Virus genome (UHGV): UHGV-0115240
Origin: a virus
Length of the DNA: 59,150 nt
Strand: one strand, 5' to 3'
How positions within the stretch are numbered: position 1 is the stretch's first letter; each line of letters starts with the position of its first letter. Positions 39,483-50,309 of the stretch are shown piece by piece. The position numbers and the translations under genes were made by a program. The notes below the pieces were generated by a model. The model did not search any database and was not told the origin of the DNA. It saw only the letters and a program-made list of their open reading frames with translations.

Positions 39483-39917
39483 ATGCGACTTTTAGAAAAA
39501 AACAAGCAGAATTTAAAGTATGCGTTACAAGTCGGGGAAGTTCCGATTTACGAACGAGACGAAGACGGAAACATCATATACATTGAGATCGATGGTCAGA
39601 AAGTTCCGGTAGAAACAGGAGAGATGGAAATCGGCTATTCAAAACCAGTAGATTTCCGAGGAAATATCGCAATGTCTGGCGGTGAAGCAGAAGCGAAGTC
39701 TTTTGGAGTTGATATCAGTGAGTATGACGCTGTTCTTCTTATGGAGAAAGATAGAATACCTATTGATGAAACGTCTCTAATTTGGCATATGAGCGAAGTT
39801 AAATATGCAGACGAACAAAATACCATTGTAGATAAAAAGTCGGCTGATTACACTGTTAAACGTGTTCAGCCGAGTCTTAATTTTACAAGGTATCTTCTGA
39901 AAAGGGTTGTGAAGTAG
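39483..39917 (+). CDS. Hypothetical head-tail joining protein.
   Basis: 144-aa ORF. Confidence 0.35.
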   Translation: MRLLEKNKQNLKYALQVGEVPIYERDEDGNIIYIEIDGQKVPVETGEMEIGYSKPVDFRGNIAMSGGEAEAKSFGVDISEYDAVLLMEKDRIPIDETSLIWHMSEVKYADEQNTIVDKKSADYTVKRVQPSLNFTRYLLKRVVK

Positions 39918-39918
39918 C

Positions 39919-40449
39919 ATGGCAAAGAAAGTATTGAAAGCAAATATCTTTTCAATGTCCAGTATTCAAGAATTGCAGAAGCAGTTGAGGGAATATCAAG
40001 ATTCTCTCAATAAAAAATGTGAAATATTCACGGAAGAATTAGCAAAACGAGGTGTAGAGATTGCGAAAGCAAGGGTCACTACACTTGACGCAATATTTAC
40101 AGGTGAACTTTTAAACAGCATACACACAAGGAAAGGTAACGGAGATAAAAACACCGTTATCTTTTTTATTGTGGCTGATTCTAAGCACTCGGTATTTGTT
40201 GAATTTGGTACTGGTCAACTTGGACTTGAGGGAAGTTATCCATATCCATTCCCGGAGGGCGTGGAGTGGAATTATAACACCGGAAAGACAATTTTTGAGA
40301 TTGCGCCCGGAAAATACGGATGGTTCTATCCGAAAGATGGAAAATGGTATTTTACGCAAGGTATGCCGTCAAGACCGTTTATGTATGAAACATCATTGGA
40401 ACTCATGCAAGAGATTCCAAGAATTGCAAAGGGAGTATTTGGAAAATGA
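39919..40449 (+). CDS. HK97 gp10-like head-tail or tail-completion protein.
   Basis: Family-like pattern ...SVFVEFGTGQLG... and position. Confidence 0.45.
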   Translation: MAKKVLKANIFSMSSIQELQKQLREYQDSLNKKCEIFTEELAKRGVEIAKARVTTLDAIFTGELLNSIHTRKGNGDKNTVIFFIVADSKHSVFVEFGTGQLGLEGSYPYPFPEGVEWNYNTGKTIFEIAPGKYGWFYPKDGKWYFTQGMPSRPFMYETSLELMQEIPRIAKGVFGK

Positions 40450-40736
40450 AATACAGAAAAAAACCAGTTGAGATCGAAGCATTCCAATATGATGGAGATT
40501 TAAAAGGTTCAGATGGAAAATATTATGTTCCAGAGTGGGCGGTATCTGCATTTGAAAATGGAGAACTAATCTATATGTCGTTATCACCACTACATCCGCC
40601 ATGCGATTTATATGTAAAAACACTCGAAGGTTATATGCATGTTTCTGTTGGAGATTACATCATTAAGGGCATAAATGGAGAACTTTATCCATGCAAGCCG
40701 GATATATTTGAGAAAACGTATGAGGCGGTGGAATAA
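40446..40736 (+). CDS. Hypothetical protein.
   Basis: 96-aa ORF. Confidence 0.35.
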   Translation: MKYRKKPVEIEAFQYDGDLKGSDGKYYVPEWAVSAFENGELIYMSLSPLHPPCDLYVKTLEGYMHVSVGDYIIKGINGELYPCKPDIFEKTYEAVE

Positions 40737-41132
40737 ATGCTGGACATGCTAGAATCACAAGTTATCACTCGGATAAAGACGCAGTTTTCTCAAAAAATGA
40801 AAGACCGTTATCCAAATTTAAAATTTACAAACTCTGACAGAGCCGATACTGTTCCGAAATTCCCAACTGTGTATATACACGAAATGCCGGGAATGGAAAC
40901 AGGAGAGGACTTACAAGGAGATACGATCAATGCTGTTTGGTCTTCTTTTCAAATTGAGGTAACAACAAACGCCAAGATGAATGATGCAAAAGAAGTAATG
41001 AATGAGGTTGTACGCATTATGAAAACCATGAGGTTTCAAGTAATTTCAACACCGGAATTTCAAAGCACGGACAGCACATATCGAAGAGTAGCTCGTTTTC
41101 GGCGAATGATAGCCGATGACGATATTTTATAG
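40737..41132 (+). CDS. Hypothetical tail-completion protein.
   Basis: 131-aa ORF. Confidence 0.35.
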   Translation: MLDMLESQVITRIKTQFSQKMKDRYPNLKFTNSDRADTVPKFPTVYIHEMPGMETGEDLQGDTINAVWSSFQIEVTTNAKMNDAKEVMNEVVRIMKTMRFQVISTPEFQSTDSTYRRVARFRRMIADDDIL

Positions 41133-41180
41133 AACCGAAAGGTTCTTATTTTTTTACAAAGAATAAGGAGGAAAAACAAC

Positions 41181-41672
41181 ATGGCTTCAACAAGTTATAA
41201 AACTAGGGTGATTATTTCAGAAGAAGAAGTGACTGATTTGAAAAAAGTTGATTTTGCTGGAACTTACAAACTTCTAGTTGCCGCAAAATCAATCCCAGCA
41301 CCAGTATCAGCCCCAAATACAGTTGAATCGACTACAACGGAAGACGATACGCAAACATTTGAAATGGGCATTAAAACATCGGATTCCAAAGAAGTAACAG
41401 GAAACTTGGACAAAAAGGATTTGCAAGCAGTTAATAAGCTGAATGGGAAAAAAGTAAAAATCATGCAGCTTTACGGAACCGATGGTATCGGTGGCGTAGC
41501 GAAATACGCTTACGTTGGACAGGTTACTGCTACACCAACAGATGTAGGTGGAGTAGATGAAATACTTGAAATGGCAGCTACGATCATTCCGAATACAGTA
41601 GCCGAGGAAGTTACAGATGGTTATACGGTAGTAGATAATAAGGATGGTACATTTACAGTGTCAAAAGCGTAA
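41181..41672 (+). CDS. Major tail protein.
   Basis: 163 aa, strong RBS AAGGAGG, position before the chaperones and the tape measure gene. Confidence 0.5.
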   Translation: MASTSYKTRVIISEEEVTDLKKVDFAGTYKLLVAAKSIPAPVSAPNTVESTTTEDDTQTFEMGIKTSDSKEVTGNLDKKDLQAVNKLNGKKVKIMQLYGTDGIGGVAKYAYVGQVTATPTDVGGVDEILEMAATIIPNTVAEEVTDGYTVVDNKDGTFTVSKA

Positions 41673-41817
41673 ATCGCCTTTCTTATAAATCGGCAGAAAG
41701 AAAAGGCGACACGTTATTTGATGCCGAAACAGAACTTGAAGAAATGATTTATTAAAAATGAGTGGGGCGGTCTACGGACTGCCCCCTCTGATTAATCGGA
41801 GGGTAAGTAAGATGAGA

Positions 41818-42141
41818 AAATTTAAACTTAATGGAAAAGAATATAACGCAAAAGGATTCAGTTTCAACACAGTCTGCGATTTGGAAGATTGCGGATTTTC
41901 AATGGGAGATATGCAGAGAAAACCGATGTCTATGGTTCGTGCATACTTGTCTATTTGCTTAAACACTTCTCTGGAAGTGGCGGGAAAAGAAATGGAAGAA
42001 CATATCGTTTCCGGCGGCGATTTTGAAGAAATTATGAAAGTAATTACAGATGAAATGAACGATTCCGATTTTTTTCAGAATCTCAACAAGAGAGAGAAAG
42101 AGGAAATTGTAGAGAAACCGGAAGAGAAAACAGCGGAATAA
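41818..42141 (+). CDS. Tail assembly chaperone.
   Basis: Position upstream of the tape measure gene. Acidic C-terminus. Confidence 0.45.
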   Translation, partial: KFKLNGKEYNAKGFSFNTVCDLEDCGFSMGDMQRKPMSMVRAYLSICLNTSLEVAGKEMEEHIVSGGDFEEIMKVITDEMNDSDFFQNLNKREKEEIVEKPEEKTAE

Positions 42142-42209
42142 ATCCGATAATAGAATACAAAACGCAAAGGGAACTATTTGAAAAAGAATGGTTCCCAAAG
42201 GCTCATGCA

Positions 42210-42548
42210 ATGGGTGTTTCTTGGAATGAGTTCTGGATGCTTAATCCAAGAATTATCAAATGTATTGCAGACGGATATTCAGAAAAAATGAAACAACAGG
42301 ATTATTTAAACTGGGTATCAAATCAATATACATTATCTGCGGTTTCGGTTGCGATTGATAGAGTGTTAAACAGTAAGAAATCAAAGGCTGAGTACATAAA
42401 AGAGCCTGTTTTATGGAAATTCCTTGAAGAGTCGCAACTGACCGAAGAAGAGCGTGAAAAAAGAGAGATGGAAAAGGAGATTCTTGCTATGGAACAGTGG
42501 ATCGCGAATGACAGAGCAAGAGGACTTCCGGAAACAAATATTGAATAA
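42210..42548 (+). CDS. Second tail assembly chaperone (G/GT-like) ORF.
   Basis: Position between the chaperone and the tape measure gene. Confidence 0.4.
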   Translation: MGVSWNEFWMLNPRIIKCIADGYSEKMKQQDYLNWVSNQYTLSAVSVAIDRVLNSKKSKAEYIKEPVLWKFLEESQLTEEEREKREMEKEILAMEQWIANDRARGLPETNIE

Positions 42549-42561
42549 CTAGGACGATAGT

Positions 42562-45500
42562 GTGTTACAGCCTATCGTCTTTTTTAATGAAAGGATGTGT
42601 GAAATGGGAACAACAGTTGATAGTCTTGAAATACAATTACAAGCACAGGCCGGAAAAGCAAATTCGGCGATTGATACGTTAATATCAAAACTTGGAACAT
42701 TAAACACATCGCTTACAAAAATTAATGGTAGCGGACTATCTGGCGTGTCGAACGGTGTTGATAAACTAAGTCGTTCTATGCAAGGACTAAAAAATGTAGG
42801 TGCAGCGGACTATACAAGACTTGCAAAAGGAATTGAGAAAATATCAAATTTGGATAGTGGACAGATTTCAAAGGCGGCAAACGCGATTGTAGGTTTTGGG
42901 AAAGGATTGCAAAGTCTTAACTCAGTGAATGTGTCTAAAACATCTGAGCAAGTTGCAAACTTAGCAAAGGGAATATCGCAACTTGGATATAAAAGCTCTA
43001 CAAAAGCGATTGAAAACATACCTTTGCTTGCTAAGTCTATGCGACAGTTAATGTCTGAACTATCTAAAGCACCTAAAGTAAGTCAGAACTTGATTGATAT
43101 GACAAATGCATTGGCAAAATTGGCTCGGACAGGCGCATCTTCCGGTCGTGCGGCGAATGCTCTTAGCGGAAGCCTTAATACTTATACAAAATCTACACAT
43201 AAGGCAAGTAGAGGAACAAAAGGACTTGCGTCTGCACTTGGAAAGATGTATGCAACATACTGGTTACTGTTCCGTTTTATAGGGAAGATAGGAGAATCTA
43301 TCACCATTGCATCTGATCTTGTAGAAGTACAGAATGTTGTAGACACTGTATTTGGAGATATGTCAAGTAAAGTGGAAGAGTACGCACAAAATTCCATTAA
43401 GCAATTCGGAATGTCTGAATTGTCATTTAAACAATATGCGAGCCGGTTTCAAGCCATGGGTTCTGCGATGGGAATTGATACAAGCTCCATCGGAAGTGCA
43501 AATTCATTTTTGAATAAAGCAACGAACGGATATGTTGGCTTGTCTAATTCTATGGCAGATGTATCTTTAACATTGACACAATTAACAGCCGATATGGCAT
43601 CGTTCTACAATGTCAGTCAAAAGGATGTAGCAGAAGATTTATCAGCTATCTTTACAGGAGAGACACGACCGCTACGTACATACGGACTTGATTTAACACA
43701 GGCAACACTTGCAGAATGGGCAATGAAAAATGGATTGGATGCAAATGTGAAGTCTATGTCGCAGGCAGAAAAGACGATGCTTCGTTATCAATACGTATTG
43801 GCGAATACTTCGGCAGCGCAAGGCGATTTTGCCCGGACTTCTAATACATGGGCGAACCAAATTCGTATTTTGCAAGAGCAAATTAAGAAATTTGCTTCCG
43901 TCATTGGAACTGGTTTTATCGCAGCGTTTAAACCATTTGTCCAAACGCTAAATAAAGTCATGGCAAAAGTAATTGACTTTACGCAAAATGTATTGAATGC
44001 ACTTGGTCAAATTTTTGGTTGGAAATTTGAAATCAGCGGTGGTGGAATTGCTGATGATTTAGGAGATGTATCTGGTGATTTGGCTGATTCAGCCGGAAGT
44101 TCCGGCGATCTATCTGATAATCTCGGACAAGCTGCTAAAAATGCAAAGAAGCTTCACACTTTAGGAATTGATGAATTAAATATTGTTGAGCCTGATAATG
44201 GTAGTACTGGTAGTGGTGGAGCTGGTGGCTCAGGTGGATCAGGAGGTGCTGGTTCAGGTGAAGTGGGAGGTTTAATTGCCAGCTTTAATCCGAATGATGA
44301 GATGTTAGACGCATATAAAAGTAGTATTAAAAGTTTAGAACAGTTAGGCGAATATATAAGCGTCACATTATCAAACACGTTAGAAAAAATTAACTGGGAT
44401 TCCGTGTATGAAAAAGCAAAAAATTTCGGAACAGGGTTGGCAGATTTTTTGAATGGTTTAATAAAACCTAGACTTTTTTATAATTTAGGAAAAACTGTTG
44501 CTAATTCAATTAATACAGCTTTTCAATCTGCAAATGCGTTCGCTGTAGAGTTTGACTGGGAAAATTTAGGGGAATCTATAGCAAAGAGCATAAAAGGATT
44601 TTTTGAAAATTGGGATCCTGAAATCGCAGCGGATACATTTAGTAATTTCGCCAACGGAATTTTAGAGTCTTTAACGGAATTTATAAATACTTTACAAGAC
44701 GATAAAACATTTGAAACGATAGGTCAAAAAATAGTTGATTTTATATGCGGAATAGAGTGGGGAGACTTAGCTTGGAACTTATACAAATTCGGAAAGGCAT
44801 TAGTTAAAGCTATAGCGAACCTTCCGAATGATTTTGCAAAAGGTGCATTACAATCACTGGTTGATAAAATCTTTGGTGAAGACGCCGAAGTTAAAGTCGG
44901 AGACATTGCATTACCCCCAACGAGTCTTTCTGGATTAATGTTGCAATTAGAAAATATTAAGGAATGGGTCGGAGAAACAGCATCATCAATAGGCGAACAA
45001 TTCAGAAAAGGATGGGATGAAGCAAAAAAATCTTGGGAGAACGGAAGTGGATTTTTTGAAGGATTATGGGAAGGAATAAAAGTAGTATTTTCTCCTGTAA
45101 CGGAATGGTTTGGCGAAAAGTTTGATAAAGGTTATGAAGGTATTAAAAAAGCTTGGTCATCCATTAAATCTTGGTTTTCTCAAAAATGGGAAGATATTAA
45201 ATCCCCGTTCAAAAATGTACATCCATGGTTTAAAACAGCTTTTAAAAATGCATATGATGCCATAAAGAACATTTGGAAGGGGTTAGGAGACTTCTTTAAA
45301 GAAATTGCAGAAAACGCATTTAAACCTATTAAAACCCTTGTGAATGGTGTTATAAAAGGCGTGAACTGGGTGCTTGAAAAAGTGGGATCAGACACACGAG
45401 TAAGTGAGTGGAGTGGAATAAAGTTCGCTAAAGGATCGGATGGAGTTCCGCAAAACACACTTGGAATCGTGAATGACCAAGCGGGATCAACTTACAAAGA

Positions 45501-46548
45501 GCTTATTATTCCGCCGTCAGGAAAACCATTTATACCCGAGGGGCGGAATGTCATGTTGCCGCTTGAAAAAGGTACAAAAATAATGCCTGCGAATCAAACA
45601 AAGGCGTTTATATCAGGCACTCCACATTTTAAAGGTGGAATAGGTGAGTTTTTTGAAAACGCATGGAGTTCGGTAAAAAGTTTTACAGGGAATGTGTTGG
45701 ATTATCTTACAAACCCAGGAGAAATTGTAAAAGTTGCAATCAGCAAGTTTGCAAATATATCAAATTTATTTGAACCGTGGTCGAGTGTGGCAGGTGGAAT
45801 TATAAACAAGACATTTGATGGAATTGTACAGTATGTAAGCGGAATATTTGATTCAATACAGCCAAAATATAACCCATCAGCCGGAGTTGAACAATGGAGA
45901 AACATTGCCACTAAAGCATTGAAAATGACAGGTCAATTTTCAAAATCAAATTTAGACCTTTTGCTTTATCAGATGCAGACGGAATCCGGCGGAAACCCAA
46001 AAGCAATTAATAAATGGGATATAAATGCAATCAAAGGAACACCTTCCAAAGGATTGATGCAGGTAATTGATCCGACTTTTAGAACGTACGCATATCCTGG
46101 ATATGATAAGGATATTTACGATCCATTGTCAAACATATTAGCATCTATTAGGTATACATTAGCTAGATACGGAAGCTTGTCAAACGGTTGGAAAGGTCAT
46201 GGATATGCCAACGGAATAGGGAAAATTACATTGGCAGATTTAATACCGAAGTATTCAGTAGGAGGATTCCCGGAAGACGGATTGTTTATGGCAAATCATA
46301 ACGAGTTGGTAGGGACATTTTCCGACGGAAGAACTGCGGTTGCAAATAATTTGGATATTCAAAAAGGAATTGAAGAAGCGGCATACAGAGGTTTTTCTCG
46401 TGCAAATATGGAAAACCGAGAGCAAGAAAACCTATTGAGAGAATTGATACAAGCGGTTAGAGATGGAAAACGAATTGTAGTAGACGGAAGAGAATTAGTG
46501 TCGATCACAGATTCGAGACGTGCAAGGAATGGATATTCGTTTACTTAA
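42562..46548 (+). CDS. Tail tape measure protein with a C-terminal lytic transglycosylase (SLT-like) domain.
   Basis: 1328 aa, alpha-helical, with a Gly-rich linker GSTGSGGAGGSGGSGGAGSG. The C-terminal QMQTESGGNPKAINKWDINAIKGTPSKGLMQVIDPTF resembles a transglycosylase catalytic region. Confidence 0.8.
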   Translation: MLQPIVFFNERMCEMGTTVDSLEIQLQAQAGKANSAIDTLISKLGTLNTSLTKINGSGLSGVSNGVDKLSRSMQGLKNVGAADYTRLAKGIEKISNLDSGQISKAANAIVGFGKGLQSLNSVNVSKTSEQVANLAKGISQLGYKSSTKAIENIPLLAKSMRQLMSELSKAPKVSQNLIDMTNALAKLARTGASSGRAANALSGSLNTYTKSTHKASRGTKGLASALGKMYATYWLLFRFIGKIGESITIASDLVEVQNVVDTVFGDMSSKVEEYAQNSIKQFGMSELSFKQYASRFQAMGSAMGIDTSSIGSANSFLNKATNGYVGLSNSMADVSLTLTQLTADMASFYNVSQKDVAEDLSAIFTGETRPLRTYGLDLTQATLAEWAMKNGLDANVKSMSQAEKTMLRYQYVLANTSAAQGDFARTSNTWANQIRILQEQIKKFASVIGTGFIAAFKPFVQTLNKVMAKVIDFTQNVLNALGQIFGWKFEISGGGIADDLGDVSGDLADSAGSSGDLSDNLGQAAKNAKKLHTLGIDELNIVEPDNGSTGSGGAGGSGGSGGAGSGEVGGLIASFNPNDEMLDAYKSSIKSLEQLGEYISVTLSNTLEKINWDSVYEKAKNFGTGLADFLNGLIKPRLFYNLGKTVANSINTAFQSANAFAVEFDWENLGESIAKSIKGFFENWDPEIAADTFSNFANGILESLTEFINTLQDDKTFETIGQKIVDFICGIEWGDLAWNLYKFGKALVKAIANLPNDFAKGALQSLVDKIFGEDAEVKVGDIALPPTSLSGLMLQLENIKEWVGETASSIGEQFRKGWDEAKKSWENGSGFFEGLWEGIKVVFSPVTEWFGEKFDKGYEGIKKAWSSIKSWFSQKWEDIKSPFKNVHPWFKTAFKNAYDAIKNIWKGLGDFFKEIAENAFKPIKTLVNGVIKGVNWVLEKVGSDTRVSEWSGIKFAKGSDGVPQNTLGIVNDQAGSTYKELIIPPSGKPFIPEGRNVMLPLEKGTKIMPANQTKAFISGTPHFKGGIGEFFENAWSSVKSFTGNVLDYLTNPGEIVKVAISKFANISNLFEPWSSVAGGIINKTFDGIVQYVSGIFDSIQPKYNPSAGVEQWRNIATKALKMTGQFSKSNLDLLLYQMQTESGGNPKAINKWDINAIKGTPSKGLMQVIDPTFRTYAYPGYDKDIYDPLSNILASIRYTLARYGSLSNGWKGHGYANGIGKITLADLIPKYSVGGFPEDGLFMANHNELVGTFSDGRTAVANNLDIQKGIEEAAYRGFSRANMENREQENLLRELIQAVRDGKRIVVDGRELVSITDSRRARNGYSFT

Positions 46549-46606
46549 AAGGAAAAGCGCCTACTTCGGTAGGTACTTTTTCTTATTTAAAAACAGGAGG
46601 TTGAAT

Positions 46607-46996
46607 ATGGCATTATCATCGTTTTTGAACGTAAATGGTTATGACTTTCCACCGCCGAGACGCGGGTTTTCATGGACGATAACAACGACAGTAAACGGTG
46701 GAAGAAATGAGAACAACGCAGTTATTGGTCAAAGAGTTGGAAGGGATTTGTACAAACTTAGTAATCTAGAGTGGGTCGGTCTTAATCCAGAAACTCGAAA
46801 GATGATGTTAGATGCCATAAAACCATTTTACGTTCCTGTTACATTTGAAGATATGGCGAATCCGGGACACCCGATCACTATTATAATGTACCCCGGAGAT
46901 AGGAGCGGAAAACCGTTATTTGTAGATAGGCTAACTCATATGGTAACAAAAGATGAGACACTTTCATTTAATCTGATTGACGCTGGTTTGGAGTGA
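46607..46996 (+). CDS. Small tail protein (distal-tail-like).
   Basis: Position after the tape measure gene. Confidence 0.35.
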   Translation: MALSSFLNVNGYDFPPPRRGFSWTITTTVNGGRNENNAVIGQRVGRDLYKLSNLEWVGLNPETRKMMLDAIKPFYVPVTFEDMANPGHPITIIMYPGDRSGKPLFVDRLTHMVTKDETLSFNLIDAGLE

Positions 46997-47002
46997 TCGT
47001 AT

Positions 47003-49234
47003 ATGCAAATGGCAAGTAAAGAATACATAGAATCAATGAAACTGCCGTTTCGGAATAGAGGATATGTAAAAGTAAGCATAGGAGTTGTAAATTCTGATGC
47101 TCAGAACAATGCAAAAGTAACGAATTCAGAACTACTATACCTTGCAAATAAAGAAAAACCGTTCGATGGTTACGATGTAAATAAAATATACGCAACATGT
47201 GAACAAAATTTCTCAAAAGTCGATGGGACAATGTATTTTCCACCGAGAATAAATAGTTCTTTGGAAATTTACAACAACGGAATCATTACAAAAGAAATTC
47301 TTGGAAGTATAAAAATAGAATTTACAGATAAGTTAGGTCTTGATATTAAAGGAATGACGATAGATTTCGGTCATTGCTACCCTACAGAATTTACCATAGA
47401 GACAAATTCGATCACGAGAACCTATAAAAATAGTTCGCAAAAATTTGTTACAGAAGATTCCTTTGACGGAACAAATTATTTTTTGATAAAGCCTAAAACT
47501 ATGGTGAATGGGAAAGGCAGACTCAGAATTGGAAACATGATATTCGGAATTGCGAATACATTTACAAATGAAAAAGTAATGAATTGCAGCATGAAAGAAT
47601 ATGTTTCGCCGATATCTGAAAGCATTCCGAGTATGGACGTTTCTATCAAGGTTGATAACCAAGACTTGTATTATAGCGTAGATAACCCAGAAAGTGCTAT
47701 CGCGTATATGGAAATAGGGCAGAAAGTAAAAGTTACTTTTGGATATGATGTGACAGGAAACGGTGATATAGAGTGGCTTAATGAAACAACGACATATCTT
47801 AATTCATGGTCAGCAAATGACACAGAGGCTGTATTTACATCAACAGATAGATTTTATCAGTTGAGGGATAACTTTTACGGAGGAAAATACAGAAAAGATG
47901 GAATCTCTTTGTATGAGTTGTCATTAGAAGTTTTGAAAAGTGCCGGAATTACCGATGAAAGAGAATACTATATCGACCCATATTTAAAAAATATAATAGT
48001 ATATAATCCGCTTCCAGTTGTAAGTCATGCAGAAGCGTTGCAGATTATTGCAAATGCCGGAAGATGTGCATTGAGAGAAGATAGAAAAAATAAAATCATA
48101 TTGCGTTCATCATTTGTTCCCAATATGATTGCCGAAACAAATGATATTGCAAATTTTGGTAAGATAGACAACATCTTGAAAGAGAGTAAAAAAGATGCTT
48201 ACGCAAATGCAAGTAAAGACTTTTCCGTAGTAGATGGAAGTCTTTATTTTTTGCCGAAAGACAATAATTACCTAAATACTGGATATGTAAGCGATTCTGT
48301 TTCGGATGGAAATGGAATATTTCAAAAAAACCCGAAAATCACAGTGAACTTGGAATCTTCATTCGATGCGTATGGCTTGATTATTAATTTTAGAAACACA
48401 GCACCGGAAGAATTTAAAATAGTAACATATAACAATGGAGTCTTAAAAGAAGAGTTTATTGTAAAAAAACCGGATATTAGTTTTTTAACAGATCATGTTT
48501 TTCTTGAGTTTAATAAAATGGTAATTGAGGTAACAAAAGGATATTCAAATTCAAGATTATTCATAGATAATATTTTGATTAATGATGTTACGGATTATAG
48601 ATTGGACAGGGTAAGGGATTTGATTAAAAATCCTACCGGAACACGATATGAAAAAATAAAAAATATTGTGATTACTAGAGAAAATTACAAGGAAAGCACC
48701 GGAGCGATTGAAGAGCTTATCCAAGAAACAGTTTCTTTTGAAAGCGATTCTGAATATACGATTTACTTTAACAGGCCGTCATACGGATTTAAAGTATCAG
48801 TTCCAGAAAATCCAGAGTTAAAAGTGAGTATTGTTGATTCAAGCGATTTTTACATTAAAGTGCGAATCACTAATATAAAGGCAAAAACAGATGTAAAAGT
48901 AAAGGTTGAGGGATATGAGTATCTTACAGAAGAAAATAACTACATTGTGAATCACAACGTAAACGGTCAAGAAATCACATGGAATAACCCTCTTATAAGC
49001 ACAATTCAGCACGCAAAAGATTTGGAAGAATGGATAGCGGAATATTATCTCGGAAACATAGACTACGAAATATCTTGGCGTGGAGACCCAAGAACGGAGG
49101 CGAATGATTTGTTCTATATGGAATTAAAAGGAAGAGAAGATGCTTTGATTCGGTCTTATCAAAATGAAATATCGTTTAACGGTTCATGGTCGGGCAGCAT
49201 AAAAGCTAGAAAGGTGGAAATGTCATGGCGTTAG
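47003..49234 (+). CDS. Tail structural protein (baseplate, Tal-like).
   Basis: 743 aa, position. Confidence 0.45.
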   Translation: MQMASKEYIESMKLPFRNRGYVKVSIGVVNSDAQNNAKVTNSELLYLANKEKPFDGYDVNKIYATCEQNFSKVDGTMYFPPRINSSLEIYNNGIITKEILGSIKIEFTDKLGLDIKGMTIDFGHCYPTEFTIETNSITRTYKNSSQKFVTEDSFDGTNYFLIKPKTMVNGKGRLRIGNMIFGIANTFTNEKVMNCSMKEYVSPISESIPSMDVSIKVDNQDLYYSVDNPESAIAYMEIGQKVKVTFGYDVTGNGDIEWLNETTTYLNSWSANDTEAVFTSTDRFYQLRDNFYGGKYRKDGISLYELSLEVLKSAGITDEREYYIDPYLKNIIVYNPLPVVSHAEALQIIANAGRCALREDRKNKIILRSSFVPNMIAETNDIANFGKIDNILKESKKDAYANASKDFSVVDGSLYFLPKDNNYLNTGYVSDSVSDGNGIFQKNPKITVNLESSFDAYGLIINFRNTAPEEFKIVTYNNGVLKEEFIVKKPDISFLTDHVFLEFNKMVIEVTKGYSNSRLFIDNILINDVTDYRLDRVRDLIKNPTGTRYEKIKNIVITRENYKESTGAIEELIQETVSFESDSEYTIYFNRPSYGFKVSVPENPELKVSIVDSSDFYIKVRITNIKAKTDVKVKVEGYEYLTEENNYIVNHNVNGQEITWNNPLISTIQHAKDLEEWIAEYYLGNIDYEISWRGDPRTEANDLFYMELKGREDALIRSYQNEISFNGSWSGSIKARKVEMSWR

Positions 49235-49641
49235 ATTGGATAACACCAAAAACAAATTGGGTATCTACAGACAGAATGAATTTAGAAGATTACAACCGAA
49301 TAAAGAACAACATTACATACTTGAAAGAAAAAGCAAATGAAGTTAACAAAGAATTTTCTATTCAAAACATGGGAGAAGATATTGTTGATTATTTGGAGTT
49401 GTGGGATTATGAGAAATTCAATTTGTTTGAGGGTAATATAGAAAAGATAAATCAATCAATTTTCACACAGGATATCGGAATCAAAAAGACGTTCTATCCG
49501 AATGGAATGTTTATCAAATACGATGAACTTAACAGATTGGAAAAAGCATGTGAAAAAATGAAAGATATTATTGAAAGACAGACTATCGGTCTTAGAAAAA
49601 TTCCATTTATTCTTGGAAGATTTAAGGAGGTAAGAATATAA
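49225..49641 (+). CDS. Hypothetical tail protein.
   Basis: 138-aa ORF. Confidence 0.35.
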   Translation: MALDWITPKTNWVSTDRMNLEDYNRIKNNITYLKEKANEVNKEFSIQNMGEDIVDYLELWDYEKFNLFEGNIEKINQSIFTQDIGIKKTFYPNGMFIKYDELNRLEKACEKMKDIIERQTIGLRKIPFILGRFKEVRI

Positions 49642-50303
49642 TGCCAAAGCAAGAATTACCTGTTAATTTTAAAGATGATATATTAGCTTCAAGCATGGCT
49701 GGAAAAAGAAAGTACTTAATTACTCAAAACGAAGATGCAAGCTATTCTTTGGAAGACGTAACAGATTATACTCAATCCGGGAGTAATCTAGGGGCTAAAC
49801 AAATTAATGAAATATGCCAAGCTATAAACGATTCCGCCGATAAATCTAGAATCATAGACAATCTTGATGATATAGTGGCGAACAAAACACCGGGGATGAT
49901 CGCAGGAGCGCAGGCTGTAGCTGCGCTAAATGCATATTTGTTACAATTACAAGCGCATCATGATAAAAAGACGCTCACACCGACCGATCTGGGAATAAGG
50001 GTCGGAGTGTGGACAGCCATAGCAAACAACTCGTATAAAATCGGTAAAACGATACACCTAAATATGGAAATTTATACAACTGCCACAATAGTCGCGAATA
50101 ATGTGTACGACAATGTTTTTACGATACCGTCACAGTATCGCCCGTTAAATGATACTGTTGTAAATGTGACAGCGTCAGATGGGTCATATAAAAATCCGGT
50201 GGCCTGCACATCTATGGCAAGGACAAACGGAAATTTGTTTATCTGCATACCAAAAGCAACAAACAGCTATCTTTTTATCGATGCGGAGTGGGAAATTAAA
50301 TAA
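49641..50303 (+). CDS. Small tail-fiber or adhesin-like protein. Its C-terminal roughly 116 aa lie inside a putative invertible segment.
   Basis: The ORF carries ...LNAYLLQLQ... at the left inverted repeat. Confidence 0.45.
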   Translation: MPKQELPVNFKDDILASSMAGKRKYLITQNEDASYSLEDVTDYTQSGSNLGAKQINEICQAINDSADKSRIIDNLDDIVANKTPGMIAGAQAVAALNAYLLQLQAHHDKKTLTPTDLGIRVGVWTAIANNSYKIGKTIHLNMEIYTTATIVANNVYDNVFTIPSQYRPLNDTVVNVTASDGSYKNPVACTSMARTNGNLFICIPKATNSYLFIDAEWEIK

Positions 50304-50309
50304 CGCTTA